Of a DNA stretch of 64,000 nucleotides, positions 41,385 to 58,495 are shown piece after piece; position 1 is the stretch's first letter; the number at the start of each line of letters is the position of its first letter. The position numbers and the translations under genes are program-made. The notes beneath the pieces are model-generated. The model saw nothing but the letters and a program-made list of their open reading frames with translations. It searched no databases and was not told the DNA's origin. The stretch lies in the NCBI RefSeq assembly GCF_009914755.1, contig NC_060941.1; one strand, given 5' to 3'. This DNA comes from the human T2T-CHM13v2.0 reference genome, Homo sapiens.

Positions 41385-41759
41385 TGTTAAATTCTAACCC
41401 TTGCAGTACCATGGATTTCCATTTTGTTGAGATGAATAGAGGATTAAAAAAAAAAGAACTGATCAGGTTGTCGGCAGGGTAATTATCAGTAAAAAGAAAC
41501 AGAGGAGCTGTCCCATCCGCAGGTGGTAGGTGGCACCCTCCACGCCTGCAGGCCAGGGCTTTGTGATCTGGCTGACCCCAATCCTGATCTTATTGCTACC
41601 ACCCATTACCACGTCTCCTTGGGAGGACTCAACTTCCTAATGAGAAAAACATCCCCCACTTCAAAGAGGCTGCGGGGAGGAAGAATTGAAATGATGTAGA
41701 TAAAGCTTTTATCACAGTCCCTGGCACATAGTAGGTGCACAATAAATGTTGGTTGCCAT

Positions 41760-41975
41760 TGTCATAGTGCTAATAAAGACCAGTGACATCCTCTATGCCA
41801 GGCACTGTTTGTGTGCTTGCCGCATATTAACCCCATAATAATTCTGTAAGGAAGGTATGTTATCATCACCCCTATCTCAGTGGGGAAACTGAGGCAGAGA
41901 TTGGCCCACATTACCCAGGTAATTAGGGACACATCTGGTCTGGCTCCAGAGGCTGAAGACTTAACCACAATGTTC
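41760..41975. mobile_element. MIR
   Basis: Core GGGGAAACTGAGGCAGAGA with flanking MIR motifs. Confidence 0.65.
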
Positions 41976-43014
41976 TCCTGCCCCTCTCAGAAGGAGTTGG
42001 ATGAGAGATCCCATCTGTATGTCCCACTCGGGGCACACAGAGAGGCAAGCGCAACTTGGTTCCTGCCCCGCAGGGGCTCCCAGCCTCACTGGGTGACAGA
42101 TCCTAAAAATGCAACTACAGGGGACCTAAGACGGGAGAATGATTCACCAGCCAGACAGCCCGGGTGTCCCCTGGTGCAAGATGAGCGGTGCCTGATCAGT
42201 CCCTGGTTCCTGGCTGCTGCATAGGAGAGGGGGCTCAGCTGGATGGCTGACTGATTGGCTGACTGCTTCATTCATTAATTCCTGAGTGCATTCATTCATT
42301 CCTTCCACTCAAGCCCTCCAGAAAGGGTGGTCTGGACTGAACTAGTTTACACGGGATGATTACAACAGAAGTCAGAGGACTCTCAGCTTGGTTACCGAGG
42401 AAAATAAGACCACAAAACCAAACTGACTGAAATAGGCAGGAGAATCTTCTCGATCCCATTTTCCAAATGGGGGAAAATGGGAAAAGGGCTCCAAGGTTAA
42501 ATATTTTTGGAAAACAAGTTAAACAAATAAAAACGGGTCACACTGGCAGGACCTCTCAGTGCTGCAACTATGCTAATGAGCTGCTAATATTCAAATGAGA
42601 ACAATAAACACCAAGAGGCTCCAAGTTGCCTGTGGCGATTCTTAAGTTTATTTGACTCCAGAAGCCTTTCTCAACAGGATTATGTGGGGCTGATGTTATA
42701 AGAAACACACTATGCGATGTCCTACTCTGGCCCAAGAGCTGTCTGGAAAAGCTGTTCCAAAAACCTGGGAGAGAGTGGAAGTGAGGCTGAGAGGACTCCC
42801 AGGAAGACGGCAGCTCCAGGCTGGGTTTTGAAAAATCCTGGGAAGTTCAGGGCCAAGTGGAGGAGGGAAAGGAAAGAGTTTTCCAGTAGGGAATGGGATC
42901 CTGAGAGAAAGACGGTGAAGGCCCAAGGCAGTGGAGTCCTCAGGAGTGGGCTTGCCTCGGGCGGGAAGAAGGGCCTTGGGCCATGGGAAAAACAATCTCA
43001 AAGATGACAGCACA

Positions 43015-43920
43015 GATGGGCACAACCTCTTTGGAAAACAGTTTGGCATCATCTTGTAAAGCTCAACATTCACACATCCTGCAACCCAAAGTTCCACGCC
43101 TAGGCAGGTACCTCCATGAACACCTTTCCCTGCTGTGCACAGCGAGATGCACATCCATGGCCAGGAGACAAAATAGATAAACTGTATATTCTAAAGATGG
43201 ACTATTATGCAACTGTGAGCATGTGAGAACTACAGCAAGATCCAGGAACAGTTTGAAACTTAGAAACACAATGCAGAGAGAGAATAGCTCAACATAGAGG
43301 GCCACATGCAGTATAACACCATTTTTATAATGCTAAAAATAGGCAAAATAAAACATTTCATTTAGGCATTATTACCTGGGAAAACCAGTTTTTTGTTTGT
43401 TGGTTTTTTGTTTTTTTGAGACAGGGTCTCCAGGCTGGAGTGCAGTGGCGTGATCCCGGCTCTCTGCAACGTCTGCCTCCTGGATTCAAGCGATTCTCCT
43501 GCCTCAGCCTCCCGAGTAGCTAGGACCACAGGCGTGTGCTAACACACCCAGCTAATTTTTGTATTTTTAGTAGAGATGGGGCTTCACCATGTTGGCCAGG
43601 CTGGTCTCGAACCCCTGACCTCAGGTGATCCTCCCGCCTCGGCCTCCCGAAGTGCTGGGATCACAGGCATGAGCCACTGTGCCCAGCCAAAAACCAGTAT
43701 TTTTAAGTAATGGAATAAATAGGTAAAATTCAGGATGTGGTCACATCTAGAGGGAGATGGGGAATGGGCTGAGGAGGACCCACAGATGGACACGACGGCC
43801 TAGTCACGGTCTGGTCCTTCAGGGACATAGTGAGGCTCAGGTTTTCATTCTGTCATCATGTCTAATATATATGATTGTTCTCTTGTATATGTCAAGTATT
43901 ATGTAATAAAAATATTTTTG
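43015..43920 (+). mobile_element. Degraded L1ME-like fragment split by an Alu
   Basis: TTGGAAAACAGTTTGGCA and GATAAACTGTATATTC motifs. Confidence 0.5.
43389..43688 (-). mobile_element. Alu (S-like)
   Basis: Reverse Alu consensus. Confidence 0.9.
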
Positions 43921-44227
43921 ATCAGCTTGCAGGAGAATAGCTGGTATCTGCTTAGGCTTGTGCCAGCCATACCATTGGCACATCAGCTCTTCTTCACCCT
44001 GAATTCCTTCTCAGAGTTTAGCAGCCCTCTCTCGCCTAAAGGTTGGATGCACACAGTGACTGCCAGCCCTGGATCAGCCTGCATCCCACCCAGGCCTCCT
44101 GCACTTCCAGCCACACTCACTCACTGTGCTTAGCAAGGGCTTACACAGCCAGTGCCTCAGCCATTAACTAGGGTGATATTAAATCTACACAGACCACTCC
44201 TTGGAACCCCCATAAAAATCCCTGATA

Positions 44228-44623
<396 letters not shown>

Positions 44624-44849
44624 TCATGCCAGAGTCTGCATTGCCTTTTGTCCACCAAGTCACAGACTTCTGCCACATGCCTCCCCACCCGCTTCTTTCT
44701 TCAGATAGGCTTATTGGTTGGGACAAACCAACATAAAGTGTGTGGGATTCCCTGAAGCCAGCCTTTTCTGTTTTGGAAGGAATTCAGATCTTTCTGCTCT
44801 AAAGAAGCCTGGCCTGGGAGAGAATATTTTTATAACCCTGCTACATTAG

Positions 44850-45206
<357 letters not shown>

Positions 45207-45509
45207 GTTTCTGTCTGTTATTTCATTTCAACCTCACAACTACCTTGAGATCATATTTTTTATTCCCATTATACAGAGGAAGAGACTGAGACTCAGATTT
45301 TTAAGCAACCACCCAAAGCAAAGTTCTAGAAGCTATGAAGTGGACATCTGGGATTTGCACCACAGGTGGTTCTGTCACAGAGCCTACCCTCTTTCTGGAG
45401 TGCTATGTTGCCTCCCCACACCAAGGTTAGATGCCCAGAGCCGGACTTCCTGGGAGATCACAGAGTGAGGGGAGTGCTGTCCCAGAGAGTGGGGACCAGC
45501 TGAGCCTGA

Positions 45510-45926
<417 letters not shown>

Positions 45927-46531
45927 TAGTGATGCAGAGGCCTACAGAGCAGAATCCCTGCCCTCAGGGGCTGACTCTTAACACTGGGAAGACAAGACAG
46001 ATGCACATGAAGAGGTATCTGAGAATACAGGAAAATACACAACAAGTACCAGCTGGTCTTCCTGGCAGAGCATCACAGAGGCAATGAGAATCCAGCTGGA
46101 GCAGGGAGACAAGAGTCTGGGACCAGCAGGTGACTCTCAACAGTGTCCTTTCATCCCACAACCTGTCTTTGAGGATCCACTGTGTGCCCTGTGCTATGTT
46201 TGGTGGTATGGGTTGAAAGATGATGGAGAACTGGTCCTGCCCACAGGTGACTTACAGTCTAGTCCATGAAATAGATGTGCTCAGAAGGGCCTTTGCTGGG
46301 GCCGCGGTGCTGAGGGAAGGCTGCGCAGAGGAAGTGATGGCTGAACTATGATTTCAAGACCGAACAGGAGTTTGTAGTCATCCCAAGAGAAGGCAGGGGG
46401 TAGCACAGAGGCACGGAGAAGTGAGGTGTGCACGAGAACAACGCAGACTGTAACATGAAATTAATGTCAGCAAAATGTGTGTCTAACTCACTGAGTACAC
46501 ACCTGACCCTGTGCTAGTCTCACATGCGTTA

Positions 46532-47125
<594 letters not shown>

Positions 47126-47527
47126 AAGACTGACTAAACTGATCAGAAAAGAAGATCCGTTGAGGCTGAGAAAGGCTAAAACATGGTCCAAGTTTAACAA
47201 AAAGGGACTTGGAGGTAAGTGACCACAGCTGTGAGGGAGGGCAGTGCCACTGTGGGTCTGCCAAGGGAGGGATGGAGATGATGCAGCCACATTAGAGGAG
47301 GCAAGCCTTCTTCCCGATGCTGTGCCAGTTCGACCCTAGTGGAACTGTTTCCCCGCCAAGCCCTAAGGCCTGGCTGTAGCATTGAGACCACTCAACGAAG
47401 CCTCATCTACCATGTGCCCAGTATTGAAAAGTTTCATGCCAGATTCACAAACTGTTAAACATAAGATATTCTATCCAGCTCATTAAGCTGTACACTGACA
47501 AGTTGTGTGCTCGCCTGTACGCATGTT

Positions 47528-48690
<1,163 letters not shown>

Positions 48691-48710
48691 CATTAAAAAG
48701 TTAATCACTT

Positions 48711-49004
48711 GGCCAGGCGTAGCGGCTCACACCTGTAATCCCAGCACTTTCGGAGGCCCAGACAGGCAGATCACCTGAGCTCAGGAGTTTGAGACCAGCC
48801 TTGCCAACATGGCAAAACCTTGTCTCTACTAAAAATACAAAACTTAGCCAGGTGTGGCGGTGCACACCTATGATCCCAGCTACTCGCAAGGCTCAGGGAG
48901 GAGAATCGCTTGAACCTGGGAGGCAGAGGTTATAGTGAGATCGTGTCACTGCAATCCAACCTGGGCAACAGTGCAAGACTATGTCTCAAGAAAGAAAAAA
49001 AAAA
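48711..49004 (+). mobile_element. Alu
   Basis: Alu consensus with A tail. Confidence 0.88.
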
Positions 49005-49351
49005 GTTAAACAATCATTCTATCCTCCTATCTTGGCAAAAACCTTACTTGCCACCTAGAGGGCTAGGTTACCTGATAAAGTTCACGCTAGACAATGGTGA
49101 CATGGGAGATCTAGCCCCAGGCCTGCAGCCTGCCCATCCCTTCTGCATCCCATGCTGGAGGCCCCAGCCACACCCTCAAGCTCCAGCCACAGCCCTTGCA
49201 AATGAATTTCCCTTGACCAGCCCTTGGCCACAGGCAGTGTGGCCTGCCCTGGCAGAATGGGCCCCAGGCAGAGGCCTGCAGAGCCCGGAAGCAGGCTCAC
49301 GGCTGTCTGGGCCAGATACTCCAGGAGCCTAAATTCTCATGGCGCAGCTGA

Positions 49352-49845
<494 letters not shown>

Positions 49846-50146
49846 TGTTTTTATTTTGTTATTTAATCTGATGTGTTTTCCGTCATAAGCCTCTTGAGGG
49901 CAGGCATGCTGGATTCCAGACTCCCTGCCCTATGGGGAAGGGAAGTGCTGTAAGACACCAGACGGAAGCCTCTAAATCAGAGAGCTGATGGCAGGCCCCC
50001 TCTTTCCCTGATTTAAAGGCAATTCTGTGGCTATAGGACTTGCAGGAAGTTGTAGAAAAGCTGGTAAGAGATCAGAAGAGGAAGAACAAGTAGTTAAAGG
50101 TGAGTAGAGGATGGGTCACCTGGGAGGAATTGTTCTAGAGAAGGAA

Positions 50147-50587
50147 TGAGAGATGAGGCCAGCCGGACTTCCTGGGTCAACTGGGGACTTGGAGAACTTT
50201 TCTGTCTTACAAGAGGTTTGTAAAATGCACCAATCAGTGCTCTGTAAGAATGCACCAATCAGTGCTCTGTAGCTAGCTAGAGGTTTGTAAAATGGACCAA
50301 TCAGCACTCTGTAAAATGGACCAATCAGCAGGACATGGGCTGGGACAAATGAGGGAATAAAAGCTGCCTCCCCGCCCACCCCCCCCACCCCCAAGCCAGC
50401 AGCACCAACCCCCTTGGGTCGCCTTCCATGCTGTGGAAACTTTGTTCTTTTGCTCTTCAGGATAACTCTTGCTGTTGCTCACTCTTGGGGTCCTTAAGAC
50501 CTGTAACACTCACCGCAAAGGTACGTGGCTTCATTCTTGAAGTCAGTGAGACCACGAACCCACTGGAAGGAACCAACTCCAGACACA
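50147..50587 (+). mobile_element. Solo LTR12-family (ERV9/ERV1) LTR
   Basis: TG...CA termini, 4-bp TSD GGAA on both sides, tandem CCAATCAG repeats, AATAAAA TATA-like box, typical GGAACCAACTCCAGACACA end. Confidence 0.88.
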
Positions 50588-50647
50588 GGAAGATTCAGGG
50601 ATGAGACGAACCCTGGTCCTCAAGTGCAAACTGGAACCCTACCCCTG

Positions 50648-51222
<575 letters not shown>

Positions 51223-51633
51223 CTGAAACTTGACAGTGATATTCACATCCCCAGGAAGAAAACCTGGGCCTGGATTAAGGAAAGACTGAAGTCAGATCTA
51301 AGGAGGAACTTCCTGGCTGTGGTGTGGTGTGGTGTCACTGAAGGGCCTGGCTTCAGGCAGTTTGTCTCTTGTTTAGAGCTCTGGGGTTTACCAACCATGG
51401 AGCCTTCGGCAATGGAATGGTGCCTCAGGGCCTCAGTTTCTCATCTGTAGAATGGGGATAACAAGAGTCTCTGCCTCCTGGGGTTGTCGGGAGGATGAGC
51501 TAATGTGTGTGCTTTGTTTCCTCAATGTATGTGATACCCGGGACATCATAAGCGAGGAATTACTAGCTGCCACTGGAGCCGCCCACTTGCTTCCGAGCTC
51601 CTTACAGCTCCTGGTTGGGTCCTGTGATCCTCG

Positions 51634-51964
51634 GTTTTCTTTTTTTCTTTTTTCTTTTTCTTTTCCTTTTTTTTTTTTTTTTTTTGAGACAGAGTTTCGC
51701 TTTTATTGCCCAGGCTGGAGTGCAATGGCCAGGTCTCAGCTCACCGCAACTTCAGCCCTCGGTTGAAGCGATTCTCCTTTCTCAGCCTCCCCAGTAGCTG
51801 GGATTACAGGCACGTGCCACCACGCCCGGCTAATTTTGTATTTTTAGTAGAGTTGGGGTTTATCCATGTTGGTCAGGCTGGCCTCAAACTCCCAACCTCA
51901 GGTGATCTGCCTGCCTTTGTCCCCCAAAGTGCCGGGGTTACAGGCGTGAGCCACCGCGCCCAGC
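51634..51964 (-). mobile_element. Alu (S-like)
   Basis: Reverse Alu consensus. Confidence 0.9.
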
Positions 51965-52539
51965 TGAGCCTCAGTTTTCTCACAGGTAACATGGGGATGA
52001 AGAGGCTGCTTTCTCGAGGCTGCTTTAGCTTCCAGGACAGTGCAGAGGTCACAGACTCCATCCTTACTGGTAGCAGAGAAAGGCTCCAGAATCCCCTATG
52101 GAAGCTTCAGTTAAGATGGAGAACCACCCAGCCTGAGGCTAGACATTCTCTCCTCCGAAGTCAGGGACTGGGTGGGGTGACCTGCACATGTGTTGCCCAA
52201 GGGCAGAAGCGGAGGGGAGGGGAGAGCCGGTTAGAGTTGTGAGGACACCTTGCTGGGTGAATGGGGAGATCCCTGGCCGCCGCTCCCCTCTGCTCCTCCT
52301 TGGGGCTCCATCTGCAGAGTGGGGCTTGGCCCTCACGATGGCTGCTGGGGACGGGAGCAGCTCTGTTGGAGAGAGGGTGGGTGCTACCTGGGCACTCCGT
52401 CACCTGTGGAATGGTGGCAATAGCACCGTCGGCTTCCAAGGCAAGGGAGGGTGGGAGGAACCAGTTGTGAAGGGAGCCAGGGGTAGGGGTGGACATAGTC
52501 ATTGGCCAGGAACGAGAGACAGTCCCTAGAGGAAGATTA

Positions 52540-53039
<500 letters not shown>

Positions 53040-55447
53040 TTATTTTGCTTTTTAATTCGCATGTGCCTTGCTTCTTTCCAGAAAGGATTTGAAGAGGTTG
53101 ACAGCAAATGTGTATCCCAAAGACAAGTCTTTATTGAGGATCCATTATGCCCAGGCCAGGTACAAAGACTCCAACATGTCTGCCCTCAAGAGGCTGATGA
53201 CGGAAAACACATCAGATTCAATAACAAAATAAAAACGGAAGAGCAGGATCAGGGAAGGTCCACACGGGTGCAAGGATGTGGCTTCAGGTGGACCTCTGAG
53301 TTTTCTCATAGCCAGGACATAAAGGGAAGCATGCTTTATCAGAAAGGAGAAAGCATGCTGGCTCCTCGGGGAGAAATAAAGCTGAAGGTCGAATTGTAAA
53401 AGTGAAATGAACAATTGGCTGTTTCAGAGATACCAACACAAGAATTGGACTAGGGCAAGAAAGAAGATTCTGCCCAGCTGCTTTCTAGCACGTATATGAT
53501 GGAGACCAGATGCAAAGCAGCAAAAAGGACTAAGTAGAAGGAAAGAGCTTAGTGCTGGAAGGAATCTGAGAGGTCATTTACGCTACCCTTTCTGTTTCAC
53601 AGATGAGGAAACTGAGGCCCGGGAGGCAGTGATTTGATCAAGGTCGCCCCTTACCCATCCCAGGGGCAACAAAATCCTCACATGGCCACTGCTGTCAGCA
53701 ACTGTGCAATCCCAGCTTGAGGACAGCCTGATGGCTTGTGGAAAGGTGGCCAGTGAAGAGGACACATCCCCAAATAAGAGACTTCCCAGACGTTCACAAA
53801 TAGTATCTATAAGCCCAAAGCATCAGCCTTTGAGTGGAAGGTCAAGTGTAAACTTGTCTCAAAACCATCCTTTGGGGAACAAAGTAGAATATGAACAAGC
53901 AAATTTTTACCCCAATAACAAGTCCACAACTGAGCCTGAATGGTGGTAGAAGGAAAAAGGCTTTAGGTCCAACAGGGTGTGGGCTCAGGGCTTCCCATGC
54001 CATGCCCAGGCTGCACTGTGGGACTCCCTATCTATAAACTGGCAAGAATTAGATTCAGATAAATCATGATGTCTGCATGGGGATCAGCACATAGCACATG
54101 GTCAACAAACGTATTAACCTGTTCCTAGATAGAGAAACAACTTCTGCCAATTGCAATCTTAAAATTAATGACTTAGACACTTAAGCATCGTGTGAACTGG
54201 TGAACATGGAGGGGGAAATAGTACACAAATAGGAAACGTTTACAAGTGGAACTGGGATTAAAAAAAAAGAAAAAGAAACCCAGGGGAATTGACACTGTGG
54301 AGAAAAGGCTCATCTCCACTCCTGGGACAGCAGCCTGCTCAGGTCGAGGGGCCCATCCACCTTGAGAGACCCTCTAAGGACCCTCCATAGTTCAGGGCTG
54401 TTAGCTACATGACCTGAGCCAAGTGGGGTCCGAGCTGAGCAGCGCAGAGCAGACTGACCCCAGGTCAACAGGCCCCAGGTTGGGCTGCCTTTTAAAGTCA
54501 GAGAGAGGAGGTGGAAGTATTTCAATGAACAAGCAAAGAGGTGAGTATTCCAGTTGAAGTGGGTTATTGGGGGGATCGAGGGGGTTTGTGAAAGTTACAA
54601 CTGCGCAGGTGGACAGAAGTGAAATCATAGGGAGCCTCAGTACCAGATAGGAAGAGGGGAGCCATGGGAGGTGTCAGAGCAGGGGAGTGGCACCCTCAGC
54701 AATCCACCTTGTGAAGATGATTGGTGGGAGCTGGAGAGGAGGCGGGATCCTGCTCACTCACAGCACAAGCCCTATTTGCATTCCTAATGGGCCCTGCGAG
54801 ATTGGTTTTCCTTGCCGGCCCAGCTGGCTCTGGCAGATAAGTGGGACTCTGTGCCCAGGGGCAGGTTTCCCAGAAAGGTCTTCCAGACAGACCTGGGTGC
54901 TTGGTCCTGTTGCTCCCATCCCCCTCCCCAACACACACGTACACACACTCAGTCCTCGCAGTTTTTCCAGCCGAGCTGGAGGGAATGGCTTGTGCCTGTC
55001 TCCTAGTTTGCTAGGCCTTACCCAGGCCATTAGGATTCCCTGACGACTACAGGCCTCAGCAGAGCCCCTTCCAGCTGGCAGCCCTTTGCCCTCGCCCCCC
55101 TCACCTCCACCTACATCTTCCCATGTGTCCCTGGTTGGAAATCTCACTCTGGGTCTGGCCAGTGGTTTTTGCATTAGGCCAGGAGGATAACCAAGCCCCA
55201 TGCCCTGAGCTGTGAACCTGGGTATGCCCCGTGACCAGTTGGCTTCAGACCTGAGGCCTCTGTGCCCTCTCCCAGGGGCTCTCCAGTGAGCATCAGGACC
55301 CCTACAGGAAGGAGCTGAGGACTCCCCTGTCCAGCCCCACTTCTTCCTCTGCTGGAAATATCAACTCCTCAAGCTCAGAGGCTCAGGGGGGCTCTTAGGT
55401 CCATTCTTAGCACTGTCTGAGCAGGGACTAGCTCTTATTCCTCTCCT

Positions 55448-55780
<333 letters not shown>

Positions 55781-57128
55781 TAGGACTCACAGTGATAGTT
55801 AACTTCTCTGGAAAGAACCTGACACTTCCCAAGTGTCCTCAGGAAGGAGTCCTCAGCTCCTTCCTGTAGGGGTCCTGATGCTCAATGGAGAGCCCCTGGC
55901 AGAGGGCACAGAGGCCTCAGGTCTGAGGCCAACTGGTCACGGGGCATGCCCACAAAGATTATTCCACCTGAAGCTCTTCACGGCCCTGCAAGCAGGCAGG
56001 GCAGGTGGTCGTGTTATTATCATCATCCAATTTGCAGATGAGAAAACTGAGGGAGGGAGGAGACTCATCCACTGTCTCACAGCTCTTTGTGTGTAGAGTT
56101 TAGAGCTCTGCACCCCCCACCCTTCCCTGAGACCAGCTTTCAGTGACCACCCCCTCCACCAGGCACAGATGGTCCAAATAGCTGGGTGACCTGAACGCGG
56201 AATACAGCCTCCATGACTGCAATCTCGGAGCTGGAAGTCTTTGGCCAGCAGCTTATCCAACTCTCCTAGTTACTGAGACTCAGAACAGTTCAGGAAGTTA
56301 CCTAATATCAAGATGGTGGCAGAGCCAGGTCTCAGGTGCCCTAACTCCCTGCCCGGAAGCCGCCCACCTCCTCACACTGGCCCCTCTCGCCCCAGAGCCC
56401 GCTCTGGCATCTCCTTCATTCCCTAGATGTATGGGTGTGCCTGACATTTCTGGAATTCACTCCACACACATAATGAGGCCATTTTGAGAAGGCCCGCCTC
56501 AGGGGGAACCAGAGAGCTGTCTAGTGTCCCCATCCTGACCCCTGCCAACTCCTCCCGGCTGTACAGGCCAGGCTGCAAACAGATAAATCGACACTACTGG
56601 CTTCAGCAACTCTACCCCTGCCCGCCCTACACCTTTCCAGCCTTAAGAACTAGCAGTGAGGGATTTGGGATTCACGGCTGCGATGCAGGGAACTAAGCGG
56701 CCTTAGGTGTCATCGGGCGGGTTGTTGCATGGGTCAGTGTTAATATGGGAAATGCTGATGTCAACTCAGCAGGTATGGAAACAGAATGGGGGCTCCTGTC
56801 AATGGCGCGGAAGTGATTGTAGCTGCACCCAGCGGCATTGGGGTGACTCTCTGAGATATTAGTTTGACATGAGGGTATGGGGCCGTGCCTGCTGGCAGAA
56901 CCGTTGTGCACCTGGGGTAGCCACTGTGCTCACGAGGGACAGGCTGCCTAACGCTGAAGAACCGGGTTTCAGCCTCTGAGCGCAGGACCTTCTCTCCAGC
57001 CCCCATGGCCCACTGAGACCTGAGCAACAGAAAAGGAGCAAACCTGCAGGCAGGCCCTCCCAGGCAGCAGCAGGACAGGGTGCCCGAAGGAGAGCGTGGA
57101 GTTGCCTCTCAGAAGATTCTAGAAACTC

Positions 57129-57463
<335 letters not shown>

Positions 57464-58279
57464 CTATTCCGCTGCCCAGAAGCAGGGAGGAGACCCAGTG
57501 CTCCTTCCCAGAAGGCCCGTTTTCCAGCCCGTCGCCATCCAGTCTCCCTTGGAGAAGTCCCGGGAGATGGGATCCAGCTTCCTTCCTCTTTTCCCACCTT
57601 CTCCACTCCCAGAAGCTATTCCTGCAATCCTGGCCTAGCCTCTCACTGAGAGCAGGGAATTCCCTCTCTGGCAGCGGGATAAAGAAGGACCCTGCTTAGA
57701 GCCGGGACAGCCAAAGGGACAGGGAGGGCCTGGATGGGGAGGAGGCAGAAGTCTGGCCCCTGCTGCCTCCCCACACATACCTCCACCCCCCTATCCCCGC
57801 CCCAAGAATGTAATTAAGCAGCAGCTTCTGCCAGGAGCCAAGCTTTCTGCCTTCCGACTATAAATCACCTTCTGAATCATCTCTCAGCTCCTAGAGAAGC
57901 AACTTCTGCTCAGGCTGCTCTGGGCGGCCCTGGTGCCACTCCCCCTGGGAAGCCTGCCTCCCCCACCCCTTCTGTGCCCAGCCCCCTGGCTCTAGGTCCC
58001 AGCAAGAGTCTGGCAGACTCTGGGGGTCGGGGAATGATTAGGGGACACTCCAGCAACCTTCTCTACCCTGCCCTCCCCTTCCTGAGCAGGTAAAGAGCTG
58101 AAGTGAGATTAGCCTGGCCCAGCACCCTCAACTTAAGAATAAAGCTAAAGCACTGTGGGGCAAACAGGCAAAAAGAAGAAAAGGGGAAAACAGAGCCAGG
58201 TGGGGCAAATCTGGGAGGGCTTCTTGGAAGAGGCAAGTTTGGCTCCAGGGCTTCAGTGAGCCAATAGCTTGCAGATAGG

Positions 58280-58495
58280 AGGTGAAAATAGCTAACATCG
58301 ATATGCTTCCTGTATGCAAGGTATCATTCTAAGAAGTATTCACTCAATCATTTTCAAAACCCTATGAAATAGAGGCAATCATTACACTCATTTTACAGAT
58401 GAGGAAACTGAGGCTTGCAGAGGTTAACTTGCCCTAGTTACCCAGGTAGTACATGAAAAAGCCAGATGTGAATGCAGATGGCCTGGCTCCAGAAG
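58280..58495. mobile_element. MIR
   Basis: Core CATTTTACAGATGAGGAAACTGAGGC. Confidence 0.72.

Noticed and set aside
50215-50335. Regularly spaced CCAATCAG repeats resembling a CRISPR-like array
   Set aside because: These are the normal U3 tandem repeats of LTR12; there are no unique spacers or cas genes and the context is human
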